DNA of 64,000 bases, from NCBI RefSeq assembly GCF_009914755.1, contig NC_060931.1, one strand, 5' to 3'. Of the stretch, positions 56,333 through 64,000 are shown one piece after another. The position numbers were made by a program, and so were the translations under genes. Positions within the stretch are counted from its first letter, which is position 1; the number at the start of each line of letters is the position of its first letter. The notes beneath the pieces are model-generated. The model made no database searches and was not told the DNA's origin. It was given only the letters and a program-made list of their open reading frames with translations. Source of the stretch: the human T2T-CHM13v2.0 reference genome, Homo sapiens.

Positions 56333-58157
56333 AAGATTGTTGGGAAGATAATGTCTGTGCACAGGTTTTATTTCATGAACTGCAAAGTAGCCCTGCAAAG
56401 TTAAAATGTTACATCCATTTGATTCTATAATAAAAATGTGTCTGCCTGCTTGTGGTGCAGCCTATACCCTGCACCTTTTTCCAGGGAGCCTATGTGGAGG
56501 ACACAGTTGTTGGAGTGGTTCCCACAGCTGCATCCAGAGCCCTAAAACCAACAGGCTCACTCAGCCTGCTCTGTGGATGCTGCACCCATCTGCATCTAAT
56601 GCCTCCTCCTGCTACCTTATGTCCCAGCAGGGTAGAGGAGTAACAATGGCACTTTCAAGGAATCTGGCCTCAAATCTTAGCTGCCTTCCTTTGTGGAAGA
56701 TACTATTTGGAAAAGTTCATTCCAAAACATCTCTCAACGGCCAGATTAGTGTGCCTAGGCTGAAATATCGTCGCTTTCCTGATGTCAGAAGAGAGGTTTC
56801 ATCCTTTGGGATTCAGATGAAATTGGCTTAAAGTTAGACCCTGTGCGGTAGAAGCCCCCCATATTCCTTCCCACAGGTCCCAGAAACCCAGAAAGAGGGT
56901 GTTTTGCCCTAGAGAGTTGAATCCATCTGGAGGGCAAATTGGGGGTAGAAAAGGGTTCTTGGTAGCTGGGTCACAGGTCTTCTTCTCCCTCTCTCATCAC
57001 ACTGATTGTCCCGTTTGCTCTAATTCTGAGCCTGTGATTAGAGGTTGGTGAAGTGGTGATAAGAACCTCACAGCTGTGTCACAGCTGCCTTTTGGGACTG
57101 AATTTTCCAGGCCAGCTGCCTTACAAGACGATGGGGTGGCAATCCGCTTGTACTTGCTTCTTAGAATCCCACTCATCTAGAATGAGTCTTTCCATAAGGC
57201 TGGCCCACATCTGCTGGGGACAGGCAGGGAAAGCGGATTCAGAATGAAGAAAACACTCCAGTCAATTCCTTCCAGCAAAGCTGGCTCCTGCTGCGGCTCT
57301 CTCTTTCAGGGAAGACATTCAGTTTTTGTCATTTGAAAAATTATGGCTAATTCCTGTGAGTTCAAGTAGCTCTTGTTGTGTTTGGAAGCAAAAGAGTCCT
57401 AGTTACAACACAGCCCCAAACCCCAGCCTGCTGAGTTGAAATGAGATGAGTCTTAGGATAAAATGAAACAACACCAAGGGCTGTGCAGGGATGAGGCAGC
57501 CCTTTCTTCTCCATTTGGGCCCACTGTTTTCTCTCTCTCATAGGACTACAGAACACACAGCTGTAAACACAATTTTTTCTACTTGTGACCATTTCCGTGT
57601 TGCCCTCAAGGTGGCCAGAGTGCAGGGGCATCATCTTTCTGAAGGATGAGGCTTTGCTGTGGGTCCACAGGGCTTTGTTCTGTCTAAACCTCATTGCTGT
57701 TTTACCTTTTAGGATGTCATTGGCTCAAAGAAAAATCTAAACAGGGAACAGTGGCAAGAAAGTCAGTAAATAGATTACCATGTTTGTCTCCTTTCAGCCG
57801 TAGATTCTATGGCAACTTGAAAATACGACCTTTGATTTGCTGGATGGCCAAGCCAAGTACTCTAGCTAAACAAGAAGAGGGGTCCTGGGCAAAAAGCTTC
57901 CCAGAGACCCCCAACCTCATCTGAGTTGTCTTTAACCCTCTCTACCCTCCTTAATCAGCAGGGCACTGAGTTATGAAGAACAACTCAACTTTGTCAAACT
58001 TTGTCTAAATTTGTGGATACGTGAGATTTCAAAGCTGTCTTATGCTTCTAGTAAGCTTCCCCAGGTAACCCGCTAGAGACCCTGCGGGCACAAACCCACT
58101 TTTCTCTGCCAATGGAATCATGTCAATAGAAAAATTTAAAAGCACCCTTTTATGGGC

Positions 58158-58369
58158 CAGGGATCAGCTAATGATGGTATACTGGCCAAATCTTGCCCAC
58201 AGGTATGTTTTGTGAGTAAAGTTGTATTGGAACATAAATATGCTCATCATTGGCATGCGTTGTTTTCACACCACAACAGCACAGTTAAGTTGTTACAACA
58301 GAGACAGCTGACTGAGGAAATCTAAAAGATACTATGTGGACCTTTACAGAAAAAGTGTATATAACTCTG
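58158..58369. mobile_element. MER58A-like hAT-Charlie element
   Basis: cagggatcagc...taaagttgtattggaaca...ctttacagaaaaagt. Confidence 0.7.
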
Positions 58370-59136
58370 CCCTAGGCTAAATAATTGGAGAATTAAAATA
58401 AACAACAACAACAACAAAAAGAATTGGAGAATTAAGGAGTCATGAGCCATGGCTCATTAGCTAATCAATAACTCAAAAAATAGCAAGATAAGAGGGATAA
58501 CTCCAACCCACACATGCACGGAACCTCGTGTGTCAACGTTTGCCACATCTCTCCCCCTCGCTCTTCCTCCAGGATTTCCCACGCAGCAGGTGGGAAAGCG
58601 ACCCCTGTGGATGGAGCAGGAAGCAGGGCTCCAGGAAGGACACCTGCAATTAACATCTATTTAAAAAGCGAAACAACACTGATTAATTCCAGGAAAAAAA
58701 AATCTAAGTACAAGAAATGACTCTATTGTTCTACTAGACCCAGTTGTGAAGAATATTTGCAATCATATAGAACACACATGTTGAATCTTGATTTAAGCTT
58801 TAAAATTGTGCTATAACTTTATCAGGAGATTGAGGAAGAGTAAAAGTGAGTGAAGAAAGTATAAGAGAATTAAATCCTTATTTTGTAGAGTAGAAAGTCA
58901 GTAGAAGCTACACTAAAGTGAAAACATGGAGCACGTTTTCTGAACAGGAGCTAAACCCCAGAATGAAAAGAGTTGAACTTGTTTTCGTCTTGTGTGGGGA
59001 GAGGCAATAGCAGGGACAGGTCAGGGACGGAATGCTGAATAGCATTTGAATTTCAAGTATGATATGGATAGCTTTAAAAACAATGGTTGAAAACAACAGT
59101 AGGAAGGGATAGAAAATCAAGTCTACTACCCCAGCA

Positions 59137-60070
59137 TGATGGGCTAATGGTGTCCTTCCAAATTCATATGACCTCAGCATGCGACTATTTGGAGGCAGTC
59201 TTTAAAGATGAAATAAGTTAAAATGAGGTCATTAGGGTGGGCCCTAGTCCATTAAGACAGCTGTTCTTGTTATGGTAAAGGGGTCCTGATCTAGACCCTA
59301 ACAGAAGGTTCTTGGATCTTGCGTAAGAAAGAATTCTAAGTCCATTAAGTGAAAGCAAGTTTATGAAGAAAGTAAGGGAACAAAAGAATGACTACTCCAT
59401 AGGCAGAGCAGCCCCGAGGGCCACTGGTCGACCATATTTATAGTTATTTCTTGATTATATACTAAAAGGATGGATTATTCATGAGATCTTTGGGAAAAGG
59501 GGTGGGTAATTCCCAGAACTGAGGGTTCCTCCCCTTTTTAGACCATTTAGGGTAACTTCCTGACGTTGCCATGTCATCTGTAAACTGTGCTGGCACTGAT
59601 GGAGTGTCTTTTTAGCATACTAATGCATCATAATTAGCGTACAATGAGCAGCGAGGATGGCAAGGGGTCACTTTCATTGCCATCTTGGTTTCAGTGGGTT
59701 TTGGCCAGCTTCTTTACCATGACCTGTTTTATCAGCAAGGTCTTCATGGCCTATATCTTGTGCTGACCTGCTGTCTCACCCTGAGACTTAGAATGCCTAA
59801 TCTCCTGGGAACGTAGCCCAGTAGATCTCAGCCTTATTTTACCCAGCCCCCACGCAAGATGAAATTATTCTGGTTCAAACACTTCTGACATCCTGCCAAG
59901 AAGCAGACACATGCAGGGGGTGACCATGCAAGCTCACAGGGAAAAAACATCCATCTGCAACCCAGGATCCAAATTTCAAAAGAAAAAATTCTGCCCACAC
60001 ATTGATCTTTTAATCTCCATAACTAGCAGACAATTTGTAAAGCGCCCCCCTGAAGCACTTTGTTAACGCA
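59137..60070 (+). mobile_element. MLT1A/B-like LTR split by MER41B
   Basis: ccaaattcatatg...taagttaaaatgaggtcattagggtgggcccta continues after 59890. Confidence 0.65.
59268..59890 (-). mobile_element. MER41B-type ERV1 solo LTR retaining the GAS block
   Basis: Minus strand TGTCAGAAGTGTTTGAACCAG...ggaaccctcagTTCTGGGAAttacc...catgaataatcc...taACA. 4-bp flanks TTCT/TCCT. Confidence 0.88.
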
Positions 60071-60200
60071 GCTGAAACAGACTAAGGCCCCCAGATTCCC
60101 TGAGGTGGAAGTGGACTGGTCTGAGGTGGGTATGACTGGCCCTGATGGAGGGGAGGAACTTCTCAGGTCCATGCCTTTGGGGCAGCTGCTGAGCTAAGCT

Positions 60201-61094
60201 TGTGTCCAGAATTGGTTCCTTCCCGTGGGTTCTTGGTCTGGCTGACTTCAAGAATGAAGCCGTGAACACTTGCGGTCAGTGTTAAGGTTCTTAAAGATGG
60301 TGTGTCTGAGTTTGTTTCCTTACATGTTCAGATGTGTTTGGAGATTCTTCCTTCTGGTGGATGTGTGGTCTCACTGACTTCAGAAGTGAAGCTGCAGATC
60401 TTCGCCGTGAGTACTACAGCTCTCACAGATGGAGCATCCACAGTTGTTCTTCCTGGTGGGTTAGTGGTCTTGCTGGCTTCAGGAGAGAAGCCAGAGACCT
60501 TCTTGGTGAGTGTTACAGCTCATGAAGGCGGCACTTCCAGAGTTATTCCTTTCTCCTGGTGGGTTCATGGTCTCACTGGCTTCAAGAGTGAAGCTGCAGA
60601 CTTTCCCGGTGAGTGTTACAGCTCATAAAAGTCCAGAGTTGTTCGTTCCTTCTGGTGGGTTCGTGGTCTCACTGGCTTCAGGAGTGAAGCTGCGACCTTC
60701 CTGGAGAGTGTTACAGCTCCTAAAAGCAGTGCAGACCCAAAGAGTGACCAGCAACAAGATTTATTGCAAAGAGCAAAACAACAACACACTCACAAAGTCC
60801 AAACAGCTGTCCCAGGGCGTTCAGGTGGCCTGCTTTTATTCCCTTATTTGGCCCCACCCACATCCTGCTGATTGGTCCATTTTACAGAGAGCTGATTGGT
60901 CCATTTTACAGAGAGCTGATTGGCCCATTTTACAGAGTGCTGATTGGTCCGTTTTTACAGAGTGCTGATTGGTGCGTTTACAAACCTTTAGCTAGACACA
61001 GAGCACTGATTGGTGCATTTACAATCCTTTAGCTAGACAGAAAAGTTCTCCAAGTCCCCACCCCACCCAGAAACCCAGGCGACTTCACCTGTCA
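60201..61094 (-). mobile_element. LTR12-family (ERV9) solo LTR
   Basis: Minus strand TGACAGGTGAAG...GGACACA. Perfect TSD AGCT (60197-60200 / 61095-61098). Five U5 repeat units at 60225-60720. Confidence 0.93.
60832..61013 (-). promoter_or_regulatory. ERV9 U3 promoter: six CCAAT (NF-Y) boxes plus the AATAAAA TATA-like element
   Basis: ATTGG on + at 60871, 60895, 60919, 60943, 60968 and 61009; gcttttattccc at 60832-60843. Confidence 0.7.
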
Positions 61095-61797
61095 AGCTGA
61101 GCTGAGCTCTTGATTTTTCTCCCACTGGAAGGTCAACATTGTTCGGGATTCCTCATCTTGCCGTGGCTCTGAGTTGGCTAAGTATGACTGCAAAGCATGG
61201 CACTTTCACTTGGCAACTCCCTCCCCTCACTCACTATAGCAAACCATTCTTTAGTCCCTGTGCAGAAACTTTGTTTGTTTGTTTGTTTGGGGCTTTACTT
61301 TTTGGAAGCCACGGAGACACACTGTACAAAGGTTTTTGTGGGAAGCAAATTGCCTTTCCTTTTATTTATTTATTTATTTTTCCTTTTTGGCAGATGCCAA
61401 GGTCATCTTTCTGTTTGTACTACAGATACGCTGTAATTGATTTTCTGAGCGAACCTCTGCATGTTCCTACGACATTTTGTGATCTTCCAAGTGAACAACC
61501 TGACAGTGCCAACATTTATACTGAAGTAAAAGAACTCCTGAAAATTCTCATATAAATGTCAGCAATATTGTGGAAGTTTGACCACTTTCATGAGTCCATA
61601 CATTGGAAATCAAAGTAATAAGGAAATATCTTAACTCTATTAAAATCATTTTTTCTCCTTTGTATTTTTTTTTCAGTCTGCTAACAAACACAGCCTGACT
61701 AGTTATTCTAGCTCAATTTTGTCGTGTGTGTGTGTGTTTGGGTGCAGACATGTATTTGTGTGCTTCTAAACTTAATTCTTGTTACATTGGTTTTCCA

Positions 61798-62075
61798 CCG
61801 GGCGTGGTGGCTCACGCCTGTAATCCCAACACTTTGGGAGCTTGAGGTGGGCAGATAACCTGAGGTCAGCAGTTCAAGACCAGCCTAGGCAAGAAGGCGA
61901 AATCCCATTTCTACTAAAAATACAAAAGTTAGTTGGGCGTGGTGGCATGCGACTATAATCCCAACAACTCAGGAGAATCACTTGAACCCGGGAGGCGGAG
62001 GTTGCAGTGAGCCGAGATCGCACCACTGCACTCCAGCTTGGGTCACAGAGCAAGACTCTGTCTCAAAAATAAAAA
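61798..62075 (+). mobile_element. AluSx-like with a short deletion (caggag microhomology)
   Basis: ctcaggagaatc junction; flanking repeat acattggtttt / acattgttttt. Confidence 0.88.
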
Positions 62076-64000
62076 CAACCCCTCCCATCAAAACATTGTT
62101 TTTCGAAAACAGTAGAGACGGAGTTATACTTCCAAATAGCTTGCACTCATTTTAAGCACTGGAAGTACTGTCCTGGGAATCTTGTCAGGACTGAAAATTC
62201 ACCAGAAGAGAGAAAACAGATTTGATGTGTCCTCTTTCCAACCCAAGCTGCTTCCCATGCTGTGAGCATTATCAGAGAAGGAGACAGAGGAGGTAAGGAG
62301 GCCATATTAATGGCTTGGCTTTGCTTTGGGGCATCTATTGAAACTTGCTGCTATGGCCAGTTTTTGTTGCTCCTGTTGATTCTTTGCTTTTGTGTTTTGT
62401 TATTCTGGATTTGGGGGCTTTATTTTCTAATAAAGTAGTGTATCTGTATGTTTTCATGAATGGCCCTACTAGAGTCACTGTCTCTTGAGTTATCGTGGTG
62501 TGGGACGCTTTCCCTCGCTGCAGATAGACTCATGCACACCTAGCATTACACAGGGCTCTGTCCTCAGAACAGCCAAGTGCCTGGAAGGCAATAGCTTTCT
62601 TGATTCTCTTTTGCAAGTGCTATCTTTGTGTTCCTTCATTTTTTTTTTTTTTGATAACTCTCCTAAGCCATTATAATAACTGGGACCCAGCGATTGTGTA
62701 AGGAAGACTGCCTTTATTTGCAGAAAACAGAGAATCCCAACAAGTGATATGACTGTCTCATTCACTGGTGTGAGATCTGTAATGACTATGAAGTAGCTAA
62801 CAGCTAGAACTCACCATTATACGGCAAAGACCAGGCATACCATCTCTGGCAATGTTCTGTAAAAAATAATAATACATGTATCAGATCCTCATTTGCATAA
62901 TAGTAACAAAATTCAGTTCCTTAAAAATCTAGAGTGTGTTTTCTACATACTTGCTTCCTTCATTTTCACAATGAATTATTTTGCACTGCTCATTTCACAG
63001 TTCCACGAAGTTCCTGCCAGTAGCTCATTTAAAGGACAAACTTGCTTTATATATCTCAAGGAATTCAGATGATGAAATCATTTGAACTAACCAAGAAGTG
63101 AAATGCTAATGTTCTAGAGGTGTACTTTCACCTCTTTGTTAAATACTGTACTATATTATGAAAATATAGTCAAGGAATTATTAAGTAACAGTATAGGTGA
63201 CATGCTAAAATAAACTATCTGTAATAGGTATGACCTACATTTTTTAGTTTTGTGGAATACTGAGAATTAACAACATGAAAAAACTGCTTAATATAAGCAC
63301 ATTCATGCAAATCTGATGTGGCTTGAAAAGAAATTAATCCTTGAGACAAAATATGTGGTTCACTTATTCTACATATCTATACTATCCTCTAGGAAACTTT
63401 CACAGTATTGAGTTGCTGGTGTCATAAATCTGTGACAACACATAGCAAATCTTACATAACACACAGTTGCAAGTATTTCCTATTGCTGTAAATTTGGTTG
63501 ATAATACTTTGCTTCATTTAGAGGTTAGAAGAATTGTTCATTTTTCAATTAAGTTTCATGGTTACATGGTTTAAACTGAAGTGACATAAAACAATTATTT
63601 TCATTTAATATATACTTTATCATAATTATAAATCAAATAGTCTTTGGAAAATGCTATATTTTTGTTTAATTAGCAATTAAATGGGAGATTCATAGATTTC
63701 CCTGAGAAAGTTGTTCTAATATTCAGGATAGAAGATCACTTTTCATACATCTGCCTGCCGCACAAGCACATGCCTTCCGCCTGACTGACCTTTGCCTTCT
63801 ACGTTACTTACCCTTCCAGCCTGGTTTCTAGGCCTTTCTACAAGAGCGAAATGTGCCTCTTCTTCCCTTAACCCCAGCAGCCCATCTCTCATCCACTTGA
63901 TGTCCTCTGAAACTGGAACCAAATGCTCCACTTTGCAAATCCCCACAATTGCCAACCTCACCTGACAAGGCACCCTCAGAGAGACTGATCCAAGAATCTG

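Noticed and set aside
60302-60968. Repetitive ORFs and a regularly spaced repeat array resembling a CRISPR or coding repeat
   Set aside because: These are the normal U5 and U3 tandem repeats of an LTR12; human DNA, no unique spacers, no cas genes.

Overview
Human genomic DNA: about 30 Alus, including one human-specific AluYb8. The window is repeat-dense and contains no intact protein-coding gene, RNA gene or CpG island that I can recognise. Interspersed repeats make up a large share of it: Alu J/S/Y, old L1M and L2/MIR fragments, solo LTRs (LTR13, LTR12, MER41A, MER41B, THE1, MLT1, MER74, LTR33) and DNA transposons (near-full-length Tigger1 inside MER2, MER47A, MADE1, MER5A, MER58). Many are nested and have visible target-site duplications. 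Repeat family names come from my recall of consensus sequences, not a database search. The main non-repeat signal is a minus-strand chain of splice-site-bounded, coding-like segments. It centres on an 898-nt exon (15711-14814) that holds one frame for 299 codons with only two stops, suggesting a decayed multi-exon gene (unitary pseudogene or lncRNA remnant) that I cannot name. Other notable observations: a two-template DNA-repair insertion inside an Alu (21509-21611), a 20-bp B-box-containing direct repeat with a fold-back hairpin, a candidate 9-nt microexon, and an LTR12 promoter beside a GAS-bearing MER41B.
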